From assembly GCA_012522135.1 (NCBI GenBank), contig JAAYLA010000030.1, forward strand, positions 1 to 43,071: a DNA stretch of 43,071 bases. The letters are read 5' to 3'. This DNA is from Bacillota bacterium. GTDB lineage: Bacteria; Bacillota; Limnochordia; DTU080; JAAYLA01. Both the position numbers and the translations under genes were made by a program. This document shows positions 1 to 8,188 of this stretch, in pieces (the stretch's first letter is position 1; each line of letters starts with the position of its first letter). The notes below the pieces were generated by a model that worked only from the letters and a program-made list of their open reading frames with translations, searched no databases and had not been told where the DNA came from.

Positions 1-316
1 CGTACAGGCCGCCGATGACGCTCTGACCGGCAGCGAGGAGCGCCTCGTGGAACACGCCGAGCACGTGCGGACGTTCCACCGGCGTAGCGTTGCGAATCGG
101 GCGGGAAGGATCGCTGAAACGGATGAAACTCTTAACGGGTGAGCCCTTCTTCTCCGAACCGTAAGAGGCGAAGTTCGATCCGTTGAAACCGGCGTACAGC
201 ACTCCGGCTTCGGCGATGATCTTACCGGCCACGTTCGCCCCCAATCCGCCGATCGATTCCAGGCGGATCTCAAAGAAGCCCTCACTGTTGGTGACAGGCA
301 ACTTCTGCTTGGACAT
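1..316 (-). CDS. 2-oxoacid (pyruvate):ferredoxin oxidoreductase gamma subunit, N-terminal part; the gene runs off the window start
   Basis: Absent from the ORF track because it has no stop inside the window. The reverse complement from the ATG at 316-314 reads MSKQKLPVTNSEGFFEIRLESIGGLGANVAGKIIAEAGVLYAGFNGSNFASYGSEKKGSPVKSFIRFSD..., a typical Por/Kor gamma N-terminus. GGAAGGAG RBS lies 9 nt upstream. Confidence 0.7.
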   Translation of the reverse strand, partial: MSKQKLPVTNSEGFFEIRLESIGGLGANVAGKIIAEAGVLYAGFNGSNFASYGSEKKGSPVKSFIRFSDPSRPIRNATPVERPHVLGVFHEALLAAGQSVIGGLY

Positions 317-505
317 AGGAACATGCTCCTTCCGTCTCTCCGGCGTCCTGGAGCCCGCTGGCGCCAAAATGCCGACAGGTTCCCTGATTAGACCGTACCT
401 TAAACTCTCTCCGATGCAGTAGAGGCGATTGTCCCCGCGTCTAGGGCAAAAGATCACCCGTATCTCGGGCGCGATCCCCTTGGTGACAGCGGTAACCATC
501 GAAGT

Positions 506-1576
506 TTACCGGTGGATGGCGATCGCCTCCTTGACCGCTCCTTCCCCGCATGCGGCAGCGGCGGAGACGCCCACCTGTTCGAGCAAGGCAGGAAGCCCGG
601 CTGCATCGGGCCCGACGGGCCGCACGGCGCGCAGGCCGTTCAAGGCGACGAGCTGTGCAGCGATGCTCGGACCCCGCTCGGCCGGCGTGCGCGGGCCGAG
701 GTAGATAACGAGCCCGCCCTCCGCGGCGAGCCGCCGGAGCGCAGCAGCTAGATTCCGCCGGCCGGCTCCGTCCCGGGCACCGAAGACGTCTTCCTTGATG
801 CACGCTCTGTGGACATAAACTATGCCGGTTTGTCCCGGTCCAGGCTTCTTGCTCACGACGTGGTGGGTGTCGTCGTGGACCGTGTCGCGCACGGATTGGA
901 TCTCGAGCGTGCCGTAGTCAGATGCCAACGGTTCCTTATCGCCCGGCTGCAGATACCGGCCGTGCAGCAAGCGGTGCGCAACGAGTTCGTCCATGCCGAC
1001 CGTGGCGATGCCTTGGCGGGAGGCCAGATCTTGCAAGTACGCCGCGTCTGCGACGCGCCCGCTTCGGTCGAGGACGCCGCAGAAGGCGCCCGCCGGCTTG
1101 AGGCCTGCCAGGCGCATCAGGTCGACCGCGGCCTCGGGCATCTCAGCCCGTCCGAGCACGCCGTGTTCGTGGGCCACGTACGGGAACAGGTGGCCGGGGC
1201 GGATGAAATCGTCGGCCGTCGCTTCTTCGGATGTGAGCAGTCGCAGCGTGACCGCCCGGTCGCCGGCGCTGATGCCCGTCGTGGTTCCGTGCTTAGCATC
1301 TATAGATATGGTAGAAACCGAGTGCAACGCAGCCCCTGCCGCGTCGGCGGTCTGGACCATCGGACTCAAATCGAGCCGTCGTGCAGTGGCGGCGTCGATA
1401 CCTACGCATACTACGCCGCGCCCTTCGAGAGCCAGCAAGTTGACGCCGGCCGGCGTGGCATTTTCTGCAGCCAGGATGAGCGCTCCGCGCGTCGCGCCGG
1501 AATCGTCGCGCAACGTGAGCAGCACGGGCTGACCGGCTCGGAGCGCCTGGATGCATTTTTGGATGGAGGGTTTCAT
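506..1576 (-). CDS. RibBA-like protein: DHBP-synthase-like domain plus GTP-cyclohydrolase-II-like domain, both with degenerate catalytic motifs
   Basis: ORF 506..1750 trimmed to the ATG at 1576 (MKPSIQKCIQALRAGQPV...), which follows GGGAGGTAG. DHBPS-fold motifs are present: TTGISAGDRA, RPGHLFP, LAGLKPAG. The GCHII-like segment VYVHRACIKEDVFGARDGAGRRNL aligns to VRVHSECLTGD..RCDCG. Confidence 0.8.
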   Translation of the reverse strand: MKPSIQKCIQALRAGQPVLLTLRDDSGATRGALILAAENATPAGVNLLALEGRGVVCVGIDAATARRLDLSPMVQTADAAGAALHSVSTISIDAKHGTTTGISAGDRAVTLRLLTSEEATADDFIRPGHLFPYVAHEHGVLGRAEMPEAAVDLMRLAGLKPAGAFCGVLDRSGRVADAAYLQDLASRQGIATVGMDELVAHRLLHGRYLQPGDKEPLASDYGTLEIQSVRDTVHDDTHHVVSKKPGPGQTGIVYVHRACIKEDVFGARDGAGRRNLAAALRRLAAEGGLVIYLGPRTPAERGPSIAAQLVALNGLRAVRPVGPDAAGLPALLEQVGVSAAAACGEGAVKEAIAIHR

Positions 1577-1698
1577 TGGCACTACCTCCCTCGGTGGAGT
1601 GCGAAACGCGAATCGGCGGGGCGGTGCCGGAAGTCGCACGAACGGCGCCGCCCGACCCGAGTGGCAACTCCCCTCTATGTGAATTCTGGCACGAAGTC

Positions 1699-1791
1699 TT
1701 CTCGCTTGCCTAGTGACAATGGCGGTTAAACCGATCAGGGCATCTGTCACCCGGGGTTTGTGAATTCATTCACTTAACTGAGCGACGAGAA
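1699..1791 (-). promoter_or_regulatory. Structured 5' leader of the RibBA-like gene (three-way-junction-like fold; candidate riboswitch of unknown class)
   Basis: On the minus strand, TTCTCG (1791-1786) pairs with CGAGAA (1704-1699). This closes hairpin GTGAAT-GA-ATTCAC and helix GTGACA...TGTCAC, which encloses CGGTT-T-AACCG. A GC-rich hairpin (GGGCGGCGCCG...CGGCACCGCCC) lies between the element and the RBS. Confidence 0.3.
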
Positions 1792-1900
1792 TCTGCGAGG
1801 ATTTCGGTGAGAGAGGTCGGCGACGGAGGGAGCGCCCATTTTATGGAGGCGCTGCCGCTGTACCGACGTCAACGGAATCACCTTACGGAGGTGCCCACGG

Positions 1901-2599
1901 ATGAAACGGACGAGAGGTTTGGGTGTTGTTGTTGCGACGGTAGCGTTGCTGTTGGCGGTGTCGTTTGCCGCCGGCGCGGCGAAGTACGAGGACGGAACGT
2001 ACCTCGGGTTCTCGGATGCGGACCGCCGTGGCTACATGATGGCCATCGTCACGATCGAGAACGACCAGATCACCGCTGTAATCCTGCAAGAGATGCAGTA
2101 CACCGGGTTGCCGAAGGATGAGTCCTATCCCTGGCCCCAGTTCCATGAGGCCATGCAGGTTCTGCCCCAGCGCTTTATCGAGGCCAACGGGCCGGACATC
2201 GACGGGTACACCGGCGCAACCGGTACCGTGAACAAGGCGAAGCAGGCCGTCGCCCGGGCCCTCGACAAGGCTTTGGTCGACAAGGGGCCGAGGAAGTACC
2301 AGGACGGCACGTTCTACGGCATCTCCACCGACCGTGAGCACAGCACGGGTGTAGCCTGGGTCACGATCGAAAACGACAAGATCGTGAAGGTCGAAGTTGA
2401 CGAGTTCCTCGAAGACGGCAGCTGGAAGGATTGGCCGAACTACCCCTGGCCGCAGGCTTACGAGGCCATGGCCGTTTACGAGCAGCGGTTCGTCGAGGCC
2501 CAGGACTGGCAGATCGACACGATCAGCCAGGCTACCGGCTCCGGCATCAAGTACATGCAGGCCGTGCAGCAGGCCCTGGAGTACGCAAGGCGCCAGTAG
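1901..2599 (+). CDS. Secreted protein with two tandem FMN-binding (FMN_bind) domains, PplA-like
   Basis: Signal peptide MKRTRGLGVVVATVALLLAVSFAAGAA. Two repeats each start KY(E/Q)DGT(Y/F) and carry ApbE-type flavinylation motifs, DGYTGATGT and DTISQATGS. RBS ACGGAGGTG lies 7 nt upstream. Confidence 0.8.
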   Translation: MKRTRGLGVVVATVALLLAVSFAAGAAKYEDGTYLGFSDADRRGYMMAIVTIENDQITAVILQEMQYTGLPKDESYPWPQFHEAMQVLPQRFIEANGPDIDGYTGATGTVNKAKQAVARALDKALVDKGPRKYQDGTFYGISTDREHSTGVAWVTIENDKIVKVEVDEFLEDGSWKDWPNYPWPQAYEAMAVYEQRFVEAQDWQIDTISQATGSGIKYMQAVQQALEYARRQ

Positions 2600-2613
2600 G
2601 TTCGTAACCGTCC

Positions 2614-2635
2614 GGCACGTGGCGGGCCACGTGCC
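2614..2635 (+). other. Perfect 10-bp GC-rich hairpin between the FMN-binding gene and rnfC
   Basis: GGCACGTGGC-gg-GCCACGTGCC, 15 nt after the TAG stop. No downstream T-tract. Confidence 0.5.
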
Positions 2636-2700
2636 CGCCGCGCCGCCCGGATGCTGTGCGAGAAACGAACGGCGAGTGATTTTGTGAAGGGGGGAGCAAG

Positions 2701-4014
2701 ATGCTCGGACTACGCAAGCGCCACGCAGGTGTGCGTCTGCCCAGTGCCAAGACCGTTGCGGACGTGGCGCTGACCGAGATTCCTGCCCCACAGAACGTTT
2801 ACATTCCTTTACAGCAGCACATCGGTATCGCGGCCGAGCCTTGCGTCAAGCGGGGCGACCGGGTGTTGATGGGCGATCCTTTGAGCATGTCGGACCATCC
2901 GATGCAGGTGCCCGTGCACGCTTCGGTCTCCGGCAAGGTTCGCTCGATTACGGAGGGCGTTCTGCCGTCGGGTAGGTTGGGGACCATCGTGCACATTGAA
3001 AACGATGGATTGTACGAACGCCGGGAGACAAGCGGCCGACCAAGCCCCCACGATTATACGCCGGAGGAAATTCGCAAGGCGGTACACGAGGGCGGCGTCG
3101 TCGGCTTGGGCGGCGCTGCTTTTCCGACGAGCGTCAAACTGAATCCGAAAAAGAAGATCGACACGCTGCTGATCAACGGCTGCGAAGGTGAGCCGGTGCT
3201 CAGCGCCGACCACAGGGCCATCTTGGAACTGACCGATCTGATGCTCTACGGCATCCAGGCCATGCAAATCGCCACCGGCGCCGAGCGGGTGATCATCGCG
3301 CTCGAAGACCACGATCCCGACGGCGCGGAGCACCTGCGCAAAGAGGCCAAGGGCATCGCCGAGGTCGTCGTGGTGCCCGCAGTGTACCCCGTGAGCGGCG
3401 AGTACACCTTGATCAAGGCGGTGCTCGGACGCAGAATTCCGATCGGCGGCCTGCCTGCAGATGTCGGCGTCGTAGTTCAGAACGTCGAGACGGCCGTAGC
3501 GGTCGGCAGGGTGCTGCGGGACGGTTGGCCTTTGACCCGCCGCATCATCACGGTGGCCGGCGGCGACGTTGAAAGGCCCGGCAACTACTACGTGGCGCTC
3601 GGGACTACGATTGCGGACGTCCTCGAACACGTCGGATGCCCCACGCCGCGCCAGGTGCTCTTGGGCGGTCCGATGATGGGCCAAGCCGTGCCCAACCTGG
3701 ACATTCCGGTGGTCAAGGGAACGTCCGGCATCATGGCTCTGTCGCCGGCAGAAATCGACGTACGCGAGCCCTTGCCTTGCGTGCGCTGTGGTCAGTGCAT
3801 CGCGGTGTGCGACAAGGGACTCAGCCCGATGATGCTTCTGAAGTACATTCAAAACGGCGAGTGGGAGAAGGCCGAGGAGTGGGGCCTGCGTACCTGCATG
3901 GAGTGTGGCGCCTGCGCTTTCGTCTGCCCGTCGAACATTCCGCTCGTGCAGTGGTTCAAGTCGGGTAAGGCGACGCTCAGTGCGAAGGCGGCGCCGAATT
4001 CGAAGGGGAGCTGA
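2701..4014 (+). CDS. rnfC: Rnf complex subunit C (NADH-binding, 2x[4Fe-4S])
   Basis: GLGGAAFPTSVKLNPKKKIDTLLINGCEGEP motif. Two ferredoxin motifs, CVRCGQCIAVC and CMECGACAFVCP. RBS AAGGGGGGAG. Confidence 0.92.
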   Translation: MLGLRKRHAGVRLPSAKTVADVALTEIPAPQNVYIPLQQHIGIAAEPCVKRGDRVLMGDPLSMSDHPMQVPVHASVSGKVRSITEGVLPSGRLGTIVHIENDGLYERRETSGRPSPHDYTPEEIRKAVHEGGVVGLGGAAFPTSVKLNPKKKIDTLLINGCEGEPVLSADHRAILELTDLMLYGIQAMQIATGAERVIIALEDHDPDGAEHLRKEAKGIAEVVVVPAVYPVSGEYTLIKAVLGRRIPIGGLPADVGVVVQNVETAVAVGRVLRDGWPLTRRIITVAGGDVERPGNYYVALGTTIADVLEHVGCPTPRQVLLGGPMMGQAVPNLDIPVVKGTSGIMALSPAEIDVREPLPCVRCGQCIAVCDKGLSPMMLLKYIQNGEWEKAEEWGLRTCMECGACAFVCPSNIPLVQWFKSGKATLSAKAAPNSKGS

Positions 4015-4019
4015 CGCTT

Positions 4020-4943
4020 ATGTCCAATCAGACGACTCTACTCCTCTCACCGTCCCCGCACATGCACTCCGGCAAGACGACGCAGCTCGCCATGTGGGGT
4101 GTTTGTGCGTCGCTGTTGCCTGTGTTGGGTACCGCCGTATATCTCTTCGGCACTTATGTACTCATCCTTACCCTGGTGACTTGTATCGGCGCGGTGCTCG
4201 CAGAAGCGGCTTCCTTGGCTCTGCGCAAGAGGCCGTGGACGGGAGAGGTTTCATCGCTAGTGACGGGCTTGATTCTGGCCCTGACGCTGCCGCCCCACGC
4301 ACCCCTTTGGGTTGGCTTTGTCGGCGGTGTCATCGCCATCGTCCTGGGCAAACAGGTATACGGCGGAACCGGCGCCAACCCCTTCAACCCCGCCGCGGTG
4401 GGCAGGGTGTTTCTGCTGGTCAGTTTTCCGGCCCAGCTCACCATGTGGACGGCACCTTTCGACGGCGTCAGCACGGCCACTCCCCTGGGCGGCGCCGAGG
4501 CGAGCCTGTGGACTTTGACCGTCGGTACACACGGCGGATCCATGGGAGAGACGTCGGCCATCGCGATACTTTGTGGCGCGGTCATCCTCTTTGCCATGAG
4601 GCTTATCGACTGGCAAGCGCCGGTAGGGACGGTCTTGGGAACGGCTCTCATTGCTCTATTGGTCGGAGAAGACCCCGTGTACCATGTGCTGACGGGCGGA
4701 TTGCTCTTCGGCGCCGTGTACATGGCCACGGACTGGGTTACGTCTCCGGTTACCAAGCGTGGCAGGTTCATCTTCGGTCTAGGAATCGGCGTGCTCACCA
4801 TGGTGATCCGTGTGTGGGGCAGCTACCCCGAGGGTGTGTCCTTTGCCATCCTGCTGATGAATGCGCTGACGCCCCTGATCAACCGGGCGGAGCTCAGCCT
4901 ACGCGAGAAGAGGAGGAAGGCGTATGTCCGTGCCACAAGCTAA
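4020..4943 (+). CDS. rnfD: Rnf complex subunit D (membrane, covalent FMN)
   Basis: Polytopic membrane protein with FNPAAVGRVFLLVSFP and the flavinylation motif DGVSTATPLGG. Starts 6 nt after rnfC. Confidence 0.92.
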   Translation: MSNQTTLLLSPSPHMHSGKTTQLAMWGVCASLLPVLGTAVYLFGTYVLILTLVTCIGAVLAEAASLALRKRPWTGEVSSLVTGLILALTLPPHAPLWVGFVGGVIAIVLGKQVYGGTGANPFNPAAVGRVFLLVSFPAQLTMWTAPFDGVSTATPLGGAEASLWTLTVGTHGGSMGETSAIAILCGAVILFAMRLIDWQAPVGTVLGTALIALLVGEDPVYHVLTGGLLFGAVYMATDWVTSPVTKRGRFIFGLGIGVLTMVIRVWGSYPEGVSFAILLMNALTPLINRAELSLREKRRKAYVRATS

Positions 4944-5958
4944 GACTTCATCGATGCGCCTCATTGTGACGCTCGCCATCACCTGCCTTGTTTCGGGAGC
5001 GGTGTTGGCTGCGGTGTACGGATGGATGAACCCGATGATCGAAGCGCGACGGCTCGAGCGGGTGATGTCCGTCGGGCTGCAGGGAATCTTCCCCGATGCG
5101 AACTCGTTCAAGGAACTGACTTTGGATGAGCTGCCCGCCGGCGTAGAGGAACCCGTTTACGAAGTGTTCGACGCGGCCGGCAAGACGCTCGGGATTTACT
5201 TCACCGGCAGCTCGAACGGTTACGGCGGTCCGATCCGGATGGCGGTCGGCGTCCATCCCGAGACGGCGAGCCTCGTCGCGGTGCGGGTGCTCGAGCAGTC
5301 GGAGACGCCGGGCCTCGGGGACAAGATTACCCAAGACGACTTTCTAAAGCAGCTCGCCGGCAAGCCTTTGTCCGACCCGTTCCGCATCGGCGATGACGTG
5401 CAGGGCATCACGGCGGCGACCGTATCGTCCCGGGCGGTGTTTAACGGCGCCTCGGGCATGGCCCGGGAGCTGCTCGGCGTGTTGGGCGTAGAAGTCGAAG
5501 TGGCGGCCGTCGAGGAAACCGAACAGGCCGAGCAAGGAGCCGGCGGCGTCGCGGAACCCGAGTTCGCCGCCGCGGTGCGCAAGAAGCTGGGCGAGGACGT
5601 AGCCTTCGAGCCTGCTGATTTGTGGGAGATTCACGGCGAAGACGGCCTCGTGGCAGTTGCTGCAGTCGGTAGCAAGCAAGGCTATGCGGCGCCCATCAAG
5701 GTATTGGCGATTGTCGATCCGGCGAGCCGCACCCTGGTCGGAGTCGAGGTTCTGGAAGTGAAGGATACCCCCGGTTTGGGCACGCGTGTCCAGGAGGCCG
5801 GCTGGCTCGCGCAGTTTGAGGGCAAGCCGGTGGACGATGCCTTCAAAGTGGGTCAGGACGTTGACGGGATTACCATGGCCACCATCTCGGCGCAGGCGAC
5901 GGCCGATGCGGTGAAGCAGGCGGCGGAAACGGTCCTGCAGCTGTATGCGGCAGATTAA
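4924..5958 (+). CDS. rnfG: Rnf complex subunit G with an internally duplicated FMN-binding domain
   Basis: N-terminal TM anchor followed by two homologous FMN_bind units: ..GGPIRMAVGV..VLEQSETPGLGDK..GKPLSDPFRIGDDVQGITAATVS and ..AAPIKVLAIV..VLEVKDTPGLGTR..GKPVDDAFKVGQDVDGITMATIS. Overlaps rnfD by 20 nt. RBS AGGAGGAAGG. Confidence 0.9.
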   Translation: MSVPQAKTSSMRLIVTLAITCLVSGAVLAAVYGWMNPMIEARRLERVMSVGLQGIFPDANSFKELTLDELPAGVEEPVYEVFDAAGKTLGIYFTGSSNGYGGPIRMAVGVHPETASLVAVRVLEQSETPGLGDKITQDDFLKQLAGKPLSDPFRIGDDVQGITAATVSSRAVFNGASGMARELLGVLGVEVEVAAVEETEQAEQGAGGVAEPEFAAAVRKKLGEDVAFEPADLWEIHGEDGLVAVAAVGSKQGYAAPIKVLAIVDPASRTLVGVEVLEVKDTPGLGTRVQEAGWLAQFEGKPVDDAFKVGQDVDGITMATISAQATADAVKQAAETVLQLYAAD

Positions 5959-5977
5959 CCGGGAGGGGGCGCATTCG

Positions 5978-6631
5978 ATGTCCAGGTTGAGAGAAACGTG
6001 GAATACGTTCACCGAAGGGTTCATCAGGCAGACGCCGCCTCTTTTCACGGCGCTCGGCCTGTGCCCGGCCCTGGCGATCACCACGTCGGCTGCGAACGGC
6101 CTGGTGATGGGCCTTTCCACGACCGCTGTCCTGGTCGGGTCGGCCGTCATGGCGTTGGCGATCCGGAACGTCGTACCGAAACAGGTGCGCATCCCGGTCT
6201 ACACGGTCGGTATCGCCACGATGGTGACGGTGGTGGACTTCTTGCTCGAAGGGCTGCTACCTGAGATCCACGCCCTGCTCGGACTGTTCATCCCGCTCAT
6301 CATCGTGAACTGCATCGTACTCGGGCGGGTGGAGGCGGCGTTTACCCGGATGAAACCTATGCCGGCCTTGGGTGACGCCTTCGGCTACGGCCTCGGTTTC
6401 ACTTGGGCTTTGACGCTCATCGGCATCATCCGTGAGGTCATGGCCGCCGGTACGATCTTCGGCGCCCGGGTGATGCCGGTAGGGTTCACCGCCTGGCAGA
6501 TCATGCGGACTCCGCCCGGAGCGTTCCTGACCATGGCGTTCTTGTTCGCCCTCATCCAGACGGTCAGGATGCAGTCGGCGAAGCGGCGGGACCGCCGCGC
6601 GGCCGAACAAACGCAGGCGCAAGCGGCGTGA
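5978..6631 (+). CDS. rnfE: Rnf complex subunit E
   Basis: ORF 5945..6631. The ATG at 5978 is preferred (MSRLRETWN...) because it sits 8 nt after GGGAGGGGG. LGLCPALAITTSAANG motif. Confidence 0.9.
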   Translation: MSRLRETWNTFTEGFIRQTPPLFTALGLCPALAITTSAANGLVMGLSTTAVLVGSAVMALAIRNVVPKQVRIPVYTVGIATMVTVVDFLLEGLLPEIHALLGLFIPLIIVNCIVLGRVEAAFTRMKPMPALGDAFGYGLGFTWALTLIGIIREVMAAGTIFGARVMPVGFTAWQIMRTPPGAFLTMAFLFALIQTVRMQSAKRRDRRAAEQTQAQAA

Positions 6632-6656
6632 GTAGGATGACAGGAGGTGCGTGGCA

Positions 6657-7238
6657 GTGAAAGAGCTGATTCTGCTCTTCATCGGATCAGCGCTGGTAAA
6701 TAACTTCCTCTTGGCCCGGTTCCTCGGCATCTGCTCCTTCCTCGGCGTCACGTCGCAGCTGCGGGCGGCCGTGTCGATGGGCGTGGCGGTAACGGGCGTC
6801 ATGTTCGGAGCCAGCACCGTGTCTTGGCTTCTCTATGCATACGTGCTGGATCCCCTCGGACTTCAGTACTTGCAGTATGTGGTGTTTATCTTGGTGATTG
6901 CCTCTATGGTGCAGGCCCTCGAGCAGGTTATCAAGGCCAGGATGCCGGGTCTGTACAGGGCCTTCGGCATCTACCTTCCTCTGATCACCACGAACTGCGC
7001 GATTCTCGGCGTGGCGCTGCTCGTGGTCCAAAACGAGTACAACCTGCTTTCGTCGATCGTCTTCGCCTTGGGGGGCGGTGCCGGTTTCACGCTGGCCATG
7101 GCGATGATGGCAGGCCTTAGGGAAGAGTTTCGGCCGCGGGAGATTCCCCATGCCTTTCGCGGCACCGGTATCGGCCTTGTAACCGCGGGGATCATGTCCC
7201 TCGCCTTCCTGGCTTTCAGTGGCATGATTCCCATGTAA
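6657..7238 (+). CDS. rnfA: Rnf complex subunit A
   Basis: KELILLFIGSALVNNFLLARFLGICSFLGV is a typical RnfA N-terminus. The GTG at 6657 lies 9 nt after AGGAGG. The track start at 6651 is only 3 nt from the RBS. Confidence 0.9.
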   Translation: MKELILLFIGSALVNNFLLARFLGICSFLGVTSQLRAAVSMGVAVTGVMFGASTVSWLLYAYVLDPLGLQYLQYVVFILVIASMVQALEQVIKARMPGLYRAFGIYLPLITTNCAILGVALLVVQNEYNLLSSIVFALGGGAGFTLAMAMMAGLREEFRPREIPHAFRGTGIGLVTAGIMSLAFLAFSGMIPM

Positions 7239-7372
7239 AGGCAAAAGGCCCGGTGCCGGCGGGACAGTTTGCCCTGGCACCGCTGGTACGTGATTCACTT
7301 CACAAATATGCGAGGCGCGTGGGACGATAGGTGTGAGAGGGGCGGGTGCCTCTCGAATTGGGGGGTCTGACC

Positions 7373-8188
7373 ATGGTTTACGTTGCCGCTGGGCTATTGG
7401 GACTTTTGGGCGGTCTCATCGCCTACGGGCTGCTGGCCGTGTTCCGCAAGGTAAACGGCGGCGAGGACGAACGCATCGAGATGCTCGAGAGCATGCTGCC
7501 GGGCGTCAACTGCGGGGCCTGCGGTACCGCGGGCTGCGCCGACATGGCCCGGGCGCTCGCAGCCGGCGAGCGGGAGCCGAGCGGTTGCCCGATTGCGAGC
7601 CCGAACACGATAAAGGCCATCGCGGAACTGTTAGGAGTCGAAGAGGGCGAGCGCAAGCGCAAGGTGGCGCAGCTCGTTTGCAGGGGGAAAGTATCGGCGG
7701 CGCCGGCCCGGGCAGACTACATCGGGCTGAGGGACTGTGTGGCGGCCAATGCGGTAGCCGGGGGACAGAAGGGCTGCACGTTCGGCTGCCTCGGTTTCGG
7801 TACGTGCGTCGGCGTGTGCCCGGTGGGCGCCATCAAGATGGGTGACGACGGTCTGCCCCACATCGACGTGGCCCTGTGCACCGGCTGCGGTTTGTGCGTG
7901 CAGGCTTGCCCCAGAAACACGTTAGAACTGATCGAAGAAGGACAAGGCGCCGTCATTCGGTGCATCTCGCAAGCGAGCGGAAAGACGGTGCGGGGCGTCT
8001 GCGAAGTCGGCTGCATCCAGTGCAAGATCTGCATCCGGGAGTGCCCGCAGAAGGCGATCTCCATCAAGGACGGACGCGTGTGGATCGACCCGGCCCTGTG
8101 CGACGGTTGCGGCATCTGTGCCGAGAAGTGCCCGAACGGCGTCATCGACGTACATCTGAAGGAGATCTTCGAGAGGGTGTCGGCCTAG
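7373..8188 (+). CDS. rnfB: Rnf complex subunit B (polyferredoxin)
   Basis: N-terminal TM helix, then CGACGTAGC, then four CxxCxxCxxxCP motifs. The ATG at 7373 follows GGGGGG. An alternative GTG lies at 7346. Confidence 0.88.
   Translation: MVYVAAGLLGLLGGLIAYGLLAVFRKVNGGEDERIEMLESMLPGVNCGACGTAGCADMARALAAGEREPSGCPIASPNTIKAIAELLGVEEGERKRKVAQLVCRGKVSAAPARADYIGLRDCVAANAVAGGQKGCTFGCLGFGTCVGVCPVGAIKMGDDGLPHIDVALCTGCGLCVQACPRNTLELIEEGQGAVIRCISQASGKTVRGVCEVGCIQCKICIRECPQKAISIKDGRVWIDPALCDGCGICAEKCPNGVIDVHLKEIFERVSA

Noticed and set aside
441-1729. Long ORFs overlapping the RibBA-like gene (441..803 -, 809..1729 +, 993..1532 +, 1293..1667 -)
   Set aside because: The translations are Arg/Pro/Ala/Gly-rich with no motifs, as expected for off-frame and antisense ORFs in high-GC DNA. 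The 506..1576 frame carries the recognisable domains.
1699-1791. Canonical FMN (RFN) riboswitch upstream of the RibBA-like gene
   Set aside because: At ~93 nt it is too short for the six-helix FMN aptamer. The hallmark strings (GGUGAAAUUCC, CCGACAGU, AGUCUGGAUG) are absent or badly mismatched. I kept it only as an unclassified structured leader.
7876-8187. 104-codon N-terminal extension of the apbE ORF (track ORF 7876..9270)
   Set aside because: It lies wholly inside rnfB in another frame and its translation is Arg-rich. The GTG at 8188 yields a proper lipoprotein signal peptide.
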